A DNA stretch of 64,000 nt from the human T2T-CHM13v2.0 reference genome, Homo sapiens. The position numbers were made by a program, and so were the translations under genes. Each line of letters begins with the position of its first letter. Position 1 is the first letter of the stretch. The notes under the pieces were generated by a model, which saw only the letters and a program-made list of their open reading frames with translations, was not told where the DNA came from and searched no databases. The DNA lies in assembly GCF_009914755.1 (NCBI RefSeq), contig NC_060944.1. The stretch is one strand, 5' to 3'. This document shows positions 1 to 15,510 of this stretch, one piece after another.

Positions 1-1267
1 CTAGATAAACAAAGCAGGCTAAATAACACTGCAAAGGCTCTGTAAATTAGTCTGCTATTGGAACGATAGCCTAGAAAAGTAGACCAAGATACTCGTGCTA
101 AAACTAAACAGGGTGGCTAACTGTTAAAAGATTTAATAGAAGCCTATGTTAGAGACTTCTAACATAATAGACAAAATGTTCATGATATAATAGCAAATCA
201 CTTGTCATACCATCAACAAAGGAAACCACAAATTGAATCAGAAAAGACAATCAACAGTCACCAATACAAGATGAATCAGATGTTGGAATTTTCTGACAAG
301 GATTTTAAAGCATCCATCATAAAAATGCTTCAAAATCAATTAAAATTATCCTGAAACAAAAGATATAAAAATCTCAGCAAAGAGCCATATAAAATTAATT
401 AAAACTAAATAAATGAAATAAAAAAGCACCAAAATGGAAATTTTAGAACTGAAAAACAACAGGAAAAAAAATGCTTACTGGACCGGCTCAATAGAGTGGC
501 AGTGACAGAATCAGTAAACTTGAGGAAGGAACTATAGAATTCACTTAATATATTGGAAGAAAGCAAACTGCAAAAAAAATGACTTGTGGGGCAATAACAA
601 AAGACTTAATATTCACGTAATTGGATTTCCAGAGGAAGGGAGAGTAAGTAGGTCTAAAAGAGTGTTTGAAAGAAATAATAGTGGAAATCTTACCACCTTT
701 GGCAAAAGAAACAAACCTAAGGACCCAAGAAGCTATGCGAACTTGGTACAGGATAAACCCAGTGAAACACCAAGATACATTATAATTAAACTCTTGAAAC
801 CTAAAGGCGAAGAGAAAGTCTTGAAAGCAGCCAGAGAGAAATGATGCATTACCTATAGGGAACACCAATTCAAATGGCAGTAGATTTCTCATCTGAAAAC
901 ATGGAGGCCATCTGAAATGTTACATTACCTATAGGGAACACCAGTTCAAATGACAGTAGATTTTCTGTATGAAAACACGAAGAAGGACAAGACATGATAT
1001 TTTTCAAGTGCGGAAATAAAAGGACTGTCAATCGTGAATTTCTGTATCTGGTGAAATTGTGCCTCAGGAACTAGAGGAAAATAGAAACATTCTCAGATAA
1101 TGGATACCTAAAGAATTTGTTGCTAGCAGAACAACCCTTAAAATTGGCTAAAGGAAGTTCTTTAAGCCGAAAGGAAATGATAGTAGAAGGAATCTTGGAG
1201 CATTAGGAAGGAAGAAGGAACAATGGAAAAATAGAAATATGGGTACATAAAATAATAGACTGTCGCA

Positions 1268-1611
<344 letters not shown>

Positions 1612-1884
1612 GACTGCCCCTTTCCTCCCAAGTTTCATCAGTCCTATTTGATGATAGAATAAAAAATATAAAACCATCTAACACTGAAGATGATGATATT
1701 TAAATCAAGACAAAGGACTTAAATGGAAGTGAGGTTTCCACACTTTGTTCAAAGTGGTAAAATGTTGTTACTAATAAGCAGATTATTATAAGCCGTATGT
1801 TTATATTGCAGTAATTGAAGTAATCACTTAAAACTATACAAAAAGATAAACTCAAAAACAATATAAACAAATCAAGCTGGAATC

Positions 1885-2418
1885 CGTGATGATTAATTTT
1901 ACATATCAACTTGACTGGGTTAAGGAGGACCTAGATAGCAGGTAAAGTATTCTTTCTGTGTGTATCTGTGAGGGTGTTTCCAGAAGAGGTTGGCACCTGA
2001 ATCAGTGAACTGAGTAAAGATTACCCCTGCCTAATATGGGTGGCCACCATCCAATTGTTTGAGGGCGTAGATAGAACAAAAAGGCAAATCTCATTTCTCT
2101 TCTGGAGCTGTGACACCTGTCTTCTCCTCTCCTTGGAAATCGGAACTCCAGGCTCTCTGGCCCTCAGACTTCAGGACTAGCACGAGCAGTCTCCCAGGTT
2201 CTTGGACCTTTGGCCTCAGACTGAGTTACACCACCAGCTCCCTTGGTTCTCAGGCTTTGGGCTTGTCCTGCACTGTGCCATTGGCTTCCCTGGCTCTGCA
2301 GCTTGCAGATAGCCTGTCGTGGGACTTCTCAGCTCCTGTAATTGTGTGAGCCAATTTCCTTAATAAATCCTCTCCCATATACCCAATTTGTTCTGTTTTT
2401 CTGGAGAACCCTAATATA
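1885..2418 (+). mobile_element. MLT2-family (ERVL) solo LTR
   Basis: Starts GTGATGATTAATTTT...TCAACTTGACTGGGTTAAG; has TAATAAA box; ends CTGGAGAACCCTAATA. Confidence 0.8.
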
Positions 2419-2779
2419 GGACTCTAAAAAATGTTCAAGTGACCTATAAGAAGGCAAGAAGAGAAGAACAAAAGACCGAGGACTTAAGCCTTAATGTATT
2501 GATAATTAACTTGAACGTAAATGGACTAAATATACCAATCAAAAGACAGAGACTGGCAGAGTGGATGAAGAAACATGACCCAACTATATATTGCTTATAG
2601 AAAAGTCACTTCAAATTGAATAATGTAGGTAGATAGAAAAGGATACTAAATTATACCATGCAAACATTGATTTAATAAAAAAGCAGAAATGGCTGTATTA
2701 ATATTTGATAAATTAGACTTCAGAGCAAAGACAACTACCAGAGACAAAGAAGGGCATAATGATAAAATGCTACATTAAG

Positions 2780-2929
2780 CGTTGCCAGGGCACAGGGATA
2801 GGAGGTATGCTGATTGTAAAAGGGCAATATGGGGAATCCTTATAGTGTTGAAACTATTCAGTATCTTGACTGTGGAGGTAGATCCTTGAATCTATACAGG
2901 TGACAGAATTGTATAGACTTGACACACTG

Positions 2930-2966
<37 letters not shown>

Positions 2967-3165
2967 AATGAGTGCAAGTAAAACAGTAGAAACCTGAATG
3001 CAGTTGACTTATCAATGTCAATATTCTGGTTGTGATACTGTACTGTAGTTTTTTAAAATGTTGCCATTTAGGGAAACTGGTCAAAGTGTACAAGGAATCT
3101 CTCTGTATTGCTCCTTATAACTGCATGTGAGTCTGCTATTATCTCAATTAAAATTTCAGTTATTT
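2780..3165 (+). mobile_element. L1MC/L1MD-type 3' end with embedded (CA)n
   Basis: GGAAACTGGTCAAAGTGTACAAGGAATCTCTCTGTATT...AACTGCATGTGAGTCT motif. Confidence 0.7.
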
Positions 3166-3188
3166 AAGAAACAGACTCAAGGAGACTA

Positions 3189-3512
<324 letters not shown>

Positions 3513-3880
3513 GTAAAAATGCACTGTGGGGTTCTGGATTGGATTTTGGAACAGACCAGAAAAGGCCATTAGTGGACACACACACACACACATACACAAG
3601 TCAGTTTTTAGAATGATCAGAAATACACTTTAAAATAAATGATTAGTATCTTTATTAGAATGATCAGAAATAGACTTTAAAATAAATGATTAGTATCTTT
3701 AAGAATTTATATAACAAGATCAATAATTTCAGTAGAGAAATAGAAAGTATAAAAAGAAGCATTGGAAACTAGAAATACAATAATTGATTTTGAAGAGCCT
3801 TAGAAGAGAATTAGTTAACTATAAGATATGTTGGGAAAAAATACCTGTATAGAAGCACAGAGACAAAGGAATGAAAAATA

Positions 3881-3975
3881 CTAGGTTGGTGCAAAAGTAA
3901 ATGCGGTTTTTGCCGGGAGGTTTTGTTTTTTTTTTTTTAATGGCAAAAACCACAATTACTTTTGCACCAACCTAA
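3881..3975. mobile_element. MADE1 (Hsmar1-derived MITE)
   Basis: TAGGTTGGTGCAAAAGTAA...TTACTTTTGCACCAACCTAA palindromic TIRs, flanked by TA. Confidence 0.92.
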
Positions 3976-3996
3976 TATTTAATAATTGGAGTTAAA

Positions 3997-4293
3997 GGCC
4001 GGGCACATTGGCTCATGCCTGTAATCCCAGCATTTTGGGAGGCCGAGGTGGGTGGATCATGAGGTCAGGAGTTCAAGATCAGCCTGGCCAAGATAGTGAA
4101 ACCCTGTCTCTACTAAAAAATACAAAAAAAATTTAGCCGGGCATGGTGGTGGGTGCCTGTAATCCCAGCTACTTGGGAGGCTGAGGCAGAGAATTGTTTA
4201 AACCCGGGAGGCGGAGGATGCGGTGAACCGAGATCGCGCCACTGCACTCCAGCCTGCGACAGAGCGAAACTCCGTCTCAAAAAAAAAAAAAAA
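3997..4293 (+). mobile_element. AluS (Sg/Sc-like)
   Basis: Alu dimer; TSD AATTGGAGT(T/C)AAA. Confidence 0.93.
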
Positions 4294-4566
4294 ATTGGAG
4301 TCAAAAAATGGCAAAAACTGCAATTACTTTTGCACATACCGAAAAGAGTTTGAATGATGTGGGACACAGTTGTAATTAGAACTCCAAAAGGAGAAAAAAA
4401 GAGTGGAGCAGAAGCAATACTTAATGAGATAATGTCCTAGAATGTTCACAAAGTGATAAGATGCTTAAAGCTGCCAATTCAGGAAATGCAACAAACACCA
4501 AACAGGATGAGGAAGGAAAAGCATACTCAGCATTTTTGCTAACAACCAAAGACAAAGTTAAAAATA

Positions 4567-4873
4567 TTTTTTTTTTTTTTTTTTTTTTTGAGACAGAGTC
4601 TTGCTCTGTTGCCAGGCTGGATCTCGGCTCACTGCAACCTCCACCTCCCAGGTTCAAGCAATTCTCCTGCCTCAGCTTCCTGAATAGCTGGGACTACAGG
4701 CGCGCCACCACGCTCAGCTAATTTTTGTATTTTTAGTGAAATACGAAAATTAGTTTTAGCGAAACGGGGTTTCACCATGTTGGCCAGGATGGTCTCGATC
4801 TCTTGACCTCGTGATCCACCCGTCTCGGCCTCCCAAAGTGCTAGGATTACAGACATGAGCCACCGCGCCTGGT
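4567..4873 (-). mobile_element. AluS (Sc-like) with an internal inverted duplication and a small deletion
   Basis: Poly-T then antisense Alu; TSD AAAGTTAAAAAT. Confidence 0.92.
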
Positions 4874-4938
4874 GAAAGTTAAAAATCTTAAAGCAACCAG
4901 TGGATTGAGACACATTATCTTTACACAAGCAAGAAAAA

Positions 4939-5091
4939 GGCTGGGCGTGATGGCTCATACCTGTAATCCCAGTACTTTGGGAGGCTGAGGCGGGATGATT
5001 CCTTGAGCCCAGGAGTTTTGAGACCAGCCTGGTAACATAGTGAGACCTTGTCTCAGTTTTAAAAATTTATTTTCTTATTAAAAAAAAAAAA
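4939..5091 (+). mobile_element. Alu monomer (FLAM-C-like)
   Basis: Single left-arm monomer with A-rich tail. Confidence 0.8.
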
Positions 5092-5205
5092 GCAAGGACA
5101 AGACTGAAAACTACCTTCTTATTATAAACAATGGAAACCCAAACAATGGAATGACAGTTTTAAAGTGCAGAAAAGAAAATAAATGCCAGCATAGAATTGT
5201 ATACC

Positions 5206-5410
5206 AAGAGTTGACAAACTTTCTTTTTAAAGGGCCAGGTAGTATATATCTTAGACTCCTGGGCCATGTAAGATCTCTGCCACAGCTATTCTGCATTGTT
5301 GCATGAAAGCAGTCATAAACAATCATAAGCGAATGGGCATGGCTGTGTTCCAATAAAACCTTACTTACAGAAACAGGCTACTAGTCCACGGGCTGTAGTT
5401 CCCTACCCTT
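5206..5410. mobile_element. MER58A-like hAT-Charlie MITE
   Basis: GTTGACAAACTTT...AAGGGCCAG...GGCTGTGTTCCAATAAAAC...GGGCTGTAGTT motifs. Confidence 0.75.
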
Positions 5411-6369
5411 CTATATCCAGTAGAAAATATACTTCAAAAATGAAGAACTAAAGATATTTTCAGATGAACAAATACAGAGGGGATTAATCACCGGCAGCCT
5501 TACAGTAAAGGGAGTTCCGTAAGCAGAGGAGAATGACTGCAGAAGGAAATACAGAGATTCTAAGAGGAATGAGGAGCAGTGGAAAGAATAAAGTGTGGGT
5601 AAACTTAACTGAATGTTAATTGTATGCAATAATAATGTCCTCTGGGATTTAGAATATAGAATTGAAATATACACCAACAAAGCACAAGCAGCTGGTATAG
5701 GTGGATGGAAGAAGTGAAGCTTAAGGTCCTTGAATTGCCCAGGAAATGGTATAAGTACTAATTTATATTAGGCCTTGATAAATCAGGGATGCAAGTTATA
5801 ATTTCTAGGGTAATCACTAATAGTAGTAAAAGTAAAGGTAATAGCAAAATAAAAGTAAATAGTAAAAGGATGCATAACATAATAGTTTATAAAGAAAAAA
5901 ATGGAATAATAAGAATATTTAATCCAAAAAAAGGTAAAACAAGATAGGAAAAGGAACATAGAGTAAGTAGGCAGATAGAAAACAAATAGCGAGACAGTAG
6001 ATTTAATGCCAGTTATGTCAGCACTGGAATGAAAACTGACTCAAGATACCAGTTCAATGACAGATTTGTCTAAGTGGGTTTAGGAAAACCAATGAACTAT
6101 GATACAAAACTGTACTTAACTGTAATGAGTCAAATATTGAAAGCAAAAGGATAGAGAAAAAGGTATATCACACTCTTAACCCACAGACAGCTGGTTTATG
6201 TCTATATCTGACAAAATAGACTTAAGAAGGATTGCTAGAGGCAAAATAGTAACGTTTCATAATGATGAAAGCACAGTCTACCAGAAAAAATGATTCTAAA
6301 TGTGTGTGTACCTAATAATGTAACCTTATGTTATATAAAGTGAAAGATGTCAGAGGTACATGTTAACAA

Positions 6370-6675
6370 TTTTTTTTTTTTTTTTGGAGACAGGAGTCTT
6401 GCTCTGTCGCCCAGGCTGGAGTGCAGTGGTGTGATCTCGGCTCACTGCAACCTCCAGCCCCTAGGTTCAAGTGATTCGTCTGCCTCAGCCTCAGCCTCCC
6501 GAGTAGCTGGGACCACAGGTGTGCACCACCATGCCCGGCTAATTTTTGTATTTTTAGTAGAGGTGGGGTTTTGCCACGTTGGCCAGGCTGGTCTTGACCT
6601 CCTGACCTCAAGCTATCCACCTGCCTTGGCCTCCCAAAGTGCTGAGATTACAGGTGTGAGCCACCACGCCCAGCC
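6370..6675 (-). mobile_element. AluS
   Basis: Poly-T then antisense Alu dimer. Confidence 0.92.
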
Positions 6676-7134
6676 ACAAATTTTTTATTTGTAAATAATT
6701 TTAAGCTCACAGAAAAGTGCAAGAATAAAAACAGTGCAAAGCACAACTTTGTATTCTACCCAAATTCATTGTTAACATCTCACTACATTTGCTTTATCAT
6801 TCCTCACCCCTCCCTCCACATAAGCACACATACACAGATATGTGTGTGTATACATAATTTTTCCCTCTGAACCTTTCAAGGGTAAACTATATATATCGTG
6901 GCTCTTGACCCAAAATACTTTAGTATGTATTTTCTGAGAATAGTGATAGTCTTAAGAGTCTTAAGGTACAGTTTTTACCTTCAATATATTTGACATTGTA
7001 CAATGCTTTAATCTACTGTTTGTGTTTCATTCTGTCAGTTGACCTGCAATGTCCTTTGTGTAATTTTCAACGTGCAGTACAGGATCCAGTCTAGGGTTAG
7101 GTATTGCATTTGATTGCCACACTTTAATCTAGAA

Positions 7135-7358
7135 CAGAGGTCAACAAACATTTTCTTTACAGGGCCTGATAGTAAATATTGTTGGCTTTGTCTGTGTCAT
7201 AGATCTCTGTCACATCTAATCACCTCTGCTGTTGTAGAGAGAAGCAGCCATTGACTATAAGTATGTGAAAGGATACAGCTGTGTTTCAGGAAAACTTTAT
7301 CTGTATAAGCAGACAGCAGGCCTGATTTGGCCTGGCAGCTGTAGTTTGCCGGTCCCTG
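7135..7358. mobile_element. MER58A-like hAT-Charlie MITE
   Basis: CAGAGGTCAACAAAC...GTTTGCCGGTCCCTG termini; 8-bp TSD ATCTAGAA/ATTTAGAA. Confidence 0.85.
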
Positions 7359-8297
7359 ATTTAGAATATTTGTACTGCCTTTCTTTTTCTTTATTTTTTG
7401 TTTTTTAATGATATTGACATTCTTTGATTAATACATTCCCCCTCTTTTAATCCAGTTCCTTATTTTGCGTTTGTTTTGTTTTCCCATCATTAGATTCAAG
7501 TTACGAATCCTTGACCAAAATACTGCATAGGTGAAGGGGTGTTCTTCTTAGATCTGGAGGCATACGTTGCCCATCTGTCTGATTTTTTTAATGTTGATTT
7601 TATTCTCCTGTTTGAGGTGCTGTCTTATTTTTCCACTATATAATTACTATTTTTTTCCTATTTGCAATCAATAAGCAGTCTGTGGGGAGATGCTTTAAGA
7701 CCATGCACATATGCTGCTGCTCATCAGAATTTCCTTCTACTTTTTAGCATCCACTGCTAATGGGAAAAGTAATTTTAATACTCTCTCAGTAGTTCGTAGA
7801 ACAAAAAGATTTGAAAACACTTGGCCTAATTGACATATACAGAACATTGCACTATATAGTTTCTGTATACTTCTAAATATTCATGAATCAAAGAAGAAAT
7901 CACCTTGGAAATTTGAAAATGTTTTGAGTGGAATGGCGATGAAAGTATTATCTGTCAAACCTTTGAGATACAGCTAATGGCATTCTGAGAATTAAAATTG
8001 TAGCTTTAAATGCATACATTAAAAAAGAAAGGTGAATATCTAAGTTTTCAACTCCAAGTAGAAAAAGCACTGTACAATATGTTCCTAAAGGGAAGAAAAC
8101 AATAAAGATAAATTAGTTGAATATAAAACAGGTACAGAAGCGAGGATTAACAAAGACAAACATTAGAAAAGACTAATAAAACTGATCAACTGCTGGAGAG
8201 ATTGATAAAGGCAAAAAGAAAACAAATGACTGGTATCAGTAATAGGAAAGGGGAGATCACGGTAGATCTTAACAGACACTGACAAAATCAGGAGGAT

Positions 8298-8977
8298 TTT
8301 TTTTAGTAGGTTTTTTTTTTAATATAAGCTACATTTTCAGTTTGTTTTGTTGTATAATTTTTAAACTATATGGCACAACACAGTAAATACTCATAGGAGG
8401 TCGAGAAACTATACAAGAAACAATTGGAATAAATCTGGTAGATTGTTTCTATTTAGACATTAACTCTGTTTATCATTTGAGGAATTCTCCATAGTTGTAC
8501 CAGAGGTGATTGATTATTAAATCTATTAATTAGATACAAAATACTAATATGTTCTGTTCAAAAGAAGTCAGCAAGGCGTAGTTATCACACAGATCAACAA
8601 CGAAGAAAGACATGTTTTAGGACATTTGAAAAAATCACACGTAGCTTATTTTCTTGACAATCTTAATCATGACAAAACCTGGGTTTCACTGACTAGATAT
8701 GAAATGTGTGGGGCATTTGTTTACTACATGTTTAAGCATGGTTAGAACTACAATCTGAAAAATGTTTTAATTGTACAGCCTTATAATTATTTCAATCTAA
8801 ATATCAGAGGAGTTAATAACATCAATTAATTTCAAAATTATGCTTCTGTTTTTGTGAGGCCAAGTATAAACTGTTTTTGGCAAAAAGAAAAGCTAGTTTT
8901 ACCTGACTTTTTTTTTTTTTGGAAGGCCTGCACTGGGTTATGTGTTCTTTTTTCTTTTATATATATATATATATATA
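8298..8977 (-). other. Putative L1 3' transduction (non-L1 DNA between the L1 poly(A) and a second poly(A)/TSD)
   Basis: Lies inside the TCAGGAGGAT duplication (8288-8297 and 11032-11041); terminal T-runs at 8297-8304 and 8311-8320. Confidence 0.75.
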
Positions 8978-11031
<2,054 letters not shown>

Positions 11032-11549
11032 TCAGGAGGATATTATTAATGACTATTCCAATACATTGAAAATTTTAGATGACATGGCAAATTTCTAGAA
11101 AAACCAACTTATAAAAAGAAAACTCCATGTCCAGAAAGCTTCACCAGTCAATTCTTCCCAACTATTATAGGTATTTCACCAATGTTACAGACTCTTCCAG
11201 AGCATAGGAAAATAGGTGAAATTCTATTCTTGTTTTCATACAGCCAGCATCATTTTGTTATAAAAACCTGAAAGAAAAGGAAAACAGCAAGTCAGTCTGT
11301 CTTATGAACATAGATGGAAAAAATGTAAACAGAATATTTGCAGACTGTGTTTAGTGAAATACTGAGATAATCATGACCAAGTGGGTTTATTTGAGAAATT
11401 TAAGGTTGATTTAATATTTGAAAATCAGTATCATTCGCAACATTTACAGTATAAATGATTATTTTAGTAGATAGATAATTTTAAAAAATAGAATTCAATA
11501 CGTTAATGATAAAAACCTTTAACAAACTAGGAATGGAAAATACTTCCTT

Positions 11550-11963
<414 letters not shown>

Positions 11964-12109
11964 TCACAAGTTCTTTTCATTTTCAGTATTGTAATGAACG
12001 TCTAAAACAGCTGCAGTAAGGCAAGAAAAGTAATAAAGTGATAAATGTTAGAAAGGAAAAATAGAATTTTTTAAACAGATGTTATGCTTGCATTATTCCT
12101 AGTTTTTAC

Positions 12110-12990
12110 TTGGAATAATCAGGAGAATGGTGTTACCATTCTAGAGATGAAAATTTGGTGGTTAAAAATGTATATAGGTGGTATGTAAAGCTTTGAGACA
12201 GTGTGAGATCACCTACCTAGTGAATTAGGCAGAGAAACAGGCTTTAGGTAGAGAAGCGAGGCTACTTTTTAGAGATTGGGAAGGCAGGTAGATTTACTAA
12301 AGTGAACTGAGAAGAAGCTGCCAGGGAATCCAGAGTGGAGGGTTTTGGGGACCAAGTGAAAAGGGTTTTAAGAAGAGAGTTACTAGCTTTTTGAATGCTG
12401 TGAGATTTACCTTATGTACCTTAATAAAGGGATTTCAGAGGAGGGTAAGGGTTAAAGTCCAGTTGGAGTTGGTTAAGAAATTTGGTGAGAGCATTGAGTC
12501 AAAGTAGACAACTTTCAACAAGATTTTTTATATAAAAGTGAGAAGAGAAGTAGACAGTAGCCTGAAGAATATGAGCAGAAGGGGGTTTGTTTTTTTAGAA
12601 GAGAATGCAACAGCTCTTCTGTAAGCTGATCCAGCAGAAGGTAAAAGTATTGGGTGAAAGTTAGAATTAGGTTTGGTCTGGTGATGCCCTTGATTGGGTG
12701 GAGTTTGAGAATTCTGGACCCAGGTAGACGATGCAACTCTGAATGGGCTTAAACCATTTATCCTTTGTAACTAGAGGAGAGGCATAGTACGTGCATTTAG
12801 TCATGGGAAAAAAATATATAGTTCTCTCCTCATTAGTTATTCTTTCTACAACTATTCACTGAGTGCCATTAGAATGCCAGGCATACTTTTAGGCACTGGA
12901 AATAGTCAACAGAACAGGCAAAAATCCATGCTGTTGTGAAGTTTACATTGCACTGGAAGAAAGTAGATATGAAACAAGTAAGATATCAGC
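12110..12990 (-). mobile_element. L2 fragments
   Basis: Degenerate purine-rich L2 motifs; 3'-end-like TTCACTGAGTGCC...TGCCAGGCA...AGGCACTGG at ~12855-12960. Confidence 0.5.
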
Positions 12991-13615
12991 TAATTATCAG
13001 CTAAAATTGAAGAGAGGGAAGAAGGTTTAGCAAATTGAGAGAAAATAAGGTGTAAAAAGTGAATTGACCAGGGAAATGAATTATTGATTGACCCACAGTG
13101 CGGAGAGTCTGTATGAGATGTGTGTTTATAAGTGTGAAAAGAGACCAAATAGCATAATATTTTGTCTCTAGCCTTATCTAGCTGCTTGTTGGTATATAAG
13201 AGTAAGCAGAGAGTTGGGCTTCTCCAGGTTTAGAGTTGCCATACGTATAACTGCAGCTTACCAAGGTGCCATTGAGTGTAAAATGCACTCTTATTTTGTG
13301 AACTGAGAAAAAACACTGTCATTTAAACTGTGGCATGCCATAGATTTTATAATATATCCTGATTTCTGAGCTATTAGTTTTAAAATTGTTCATTTTAGAA
13401 TTAGTAAAATAAGTAGTTGGGATACTTTTGATTGGAAACAACAGAAAACCCAAACTCAGATGCACTTTAATAATAAGGAGGAGCCAAGGGGGATATGAAG
13501 AAAATGGCAGCCTGAATGAGGCCTGCTTCCTTGACTCCCTCAGCTACCTACTAGCTCTCTGGTTCTCTTGAGCCAGCCTGCTGCGGGGCCCTACAGAAAA
13601 CTGTAGGATCTGGTT

Positions 13616-14027
13616 TTCTGTTCTTGTGTTAGTTTGCTGAGAATGATGGTTTCCAGCTTCACCCATGTCCCTGCAAAGGACATGAACTCATCCTTTTTTA
13701 TGGCTGTGTAGCATTCCATGGTGTATATGTGCCACATTTTCTTTATCCAGTCTATCATTGATGGGCATTTGGGTTGGTTCCAAGTCTTTGCTATTGTGAA
13801 CAGTGCCATAATAAACATACATGTGCATGTGCCTTTACAGTAGAATGAATTATAATCCTTTGGGTATATACCCAGTAATGGGATTGTTGGGTCAAATGGT
13901 ATTTCTGGTTCTAGATCTTTGAGGAATCGCCACACTGTCTTCCACAACGGTTGAACTAATTTACACTCCCAACAGTGTAAAAGCGTTCCTATTTCTCCAT
14001 GTCCTCCCCAGCATCTGTTGTTTCCTG
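13616..14027 (-). mobile_element. Inverted L1PA7/8-like ORF2 3' segment (twin-priming arm of the 13616-15895 insertion)
   Basis: ORF 13591..14061 is the L1 ORF2 C-terminus (GNNRCW...[16 protein letters not shown]); starts directly at the TSD. Confidence 0.88.
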
Positions 14028-14356
14028 TAATCTGTCTACCTTTTAAGTTTAAATTCCCCATGAAAAAAGAGTTTTAAAAGTTATGCCATAGAAAAAGATT
14101 AATAGCACGAGAAAAGGCTAATTATTAGGTTTAAAAAATAGGTTACATATAATATGTACAATATTATCTCCACTTTAAAAAAAATCTATTTATCCATGCA
14201 TAGGAAAAAACTACTAAGCCATACACCAAAGTGCATATGTGGTTATCATTAGGAATCATAAGTTTAAATAATTTGAGAATTCTTTTTACTTTTTCTCCAT
14301 TTTCCAAATTTTCTGCACTGACCATGCAGAAACCATTGCAATGACCATTGCTTTTA

Positions 14357-14660
<304 letters not shown>

Positions 14661-15235
14661 TAAACAAATTTTTAACAACTCAGCAGGCTTAGTCTGCTTT
14701 CTTTCACAGTCTGCATTTTTTGGGCCCTGGAGCCCCAGGAGTCTTCGTAGCTTCCCACTCAGGTTAAGATACAGCACATATTTCCAGCTTCTACAGGTGG
14801 CCTCTTTGCACATAGAATCGTGACCTTTATTTTCAACATCTGAAGCATTGCTACTTATCTATATTGATTAACTTAGCTGAGTTCTCCTCTACCATCTAAT
14901 TAGATTTGGTTTCTTCACAGTGGAGCACAGGCTATCTTCAGTGTGTTCTGTACATACAAGCAACTTTATAACCATCTTTGTATCCATACTTTGTTAGACT
15001 GGTTTTTGTGTTGTGGGAATGACTGATTCACTAAGATGTCCAGGATGTTGGCAATCCAGTTGAGGGACGTGGTATAACGGGACCCAGCACTGCATTCGAA
15101 TTTCATCCTTGGACAAGACAAGTAACTTCTCTGACCCCAAATTTCTACCGGTTGCTCCCCTGCCTGCAGGCTCCGTGCTTGGTATCTCAGAAAACCTTCC
15201 CGAGGAAAAAGCCCATAAGGGACAAGTCCCGGCCC

Positions 15236-15510
15236 AACTTAAAATCACATTATGCTATGTGAAAAAAGCCAAACACGAAAAGACACATGGTTGTATGATT
15301 CCATTTATATAAAATGTCTGGAATAAGCAAATCCATAGAGATAGAAGGTAGACTAATGCTTGCTGGCAGGGAGTGACTGCTAACGTCCCAAATTAGATAG
15401 TGCAGATGTTTGTTCAACTCTGTGAAACATACTAAAAGTCACTTGTACACTTCAAAAGAGTAAGTCTTACGGAATGTGAATTAAAGCTCAATAAAACTCT
15501 TATTAAAAAG
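15236..15510 (+). mobile_element. L1MB-type 3' end
   Basis: ATTATGCTATGTGAAAAAAGCCA...TGTATGATTCCATTTATAT...ATGTGAATTAAAGCTCAATAAAA. Confidence 0.7.

Noticed and set aside
8305-8977. Processed pseudogene of a cellular mRNA
   Set aside because: No ORF of 60 aa or more within 8305-8918 and no recognisable coding similarity; it shares one TSD with the adjoining L1, so transduction is simpler. A 3'UTR origin cannot be excluded without a search.
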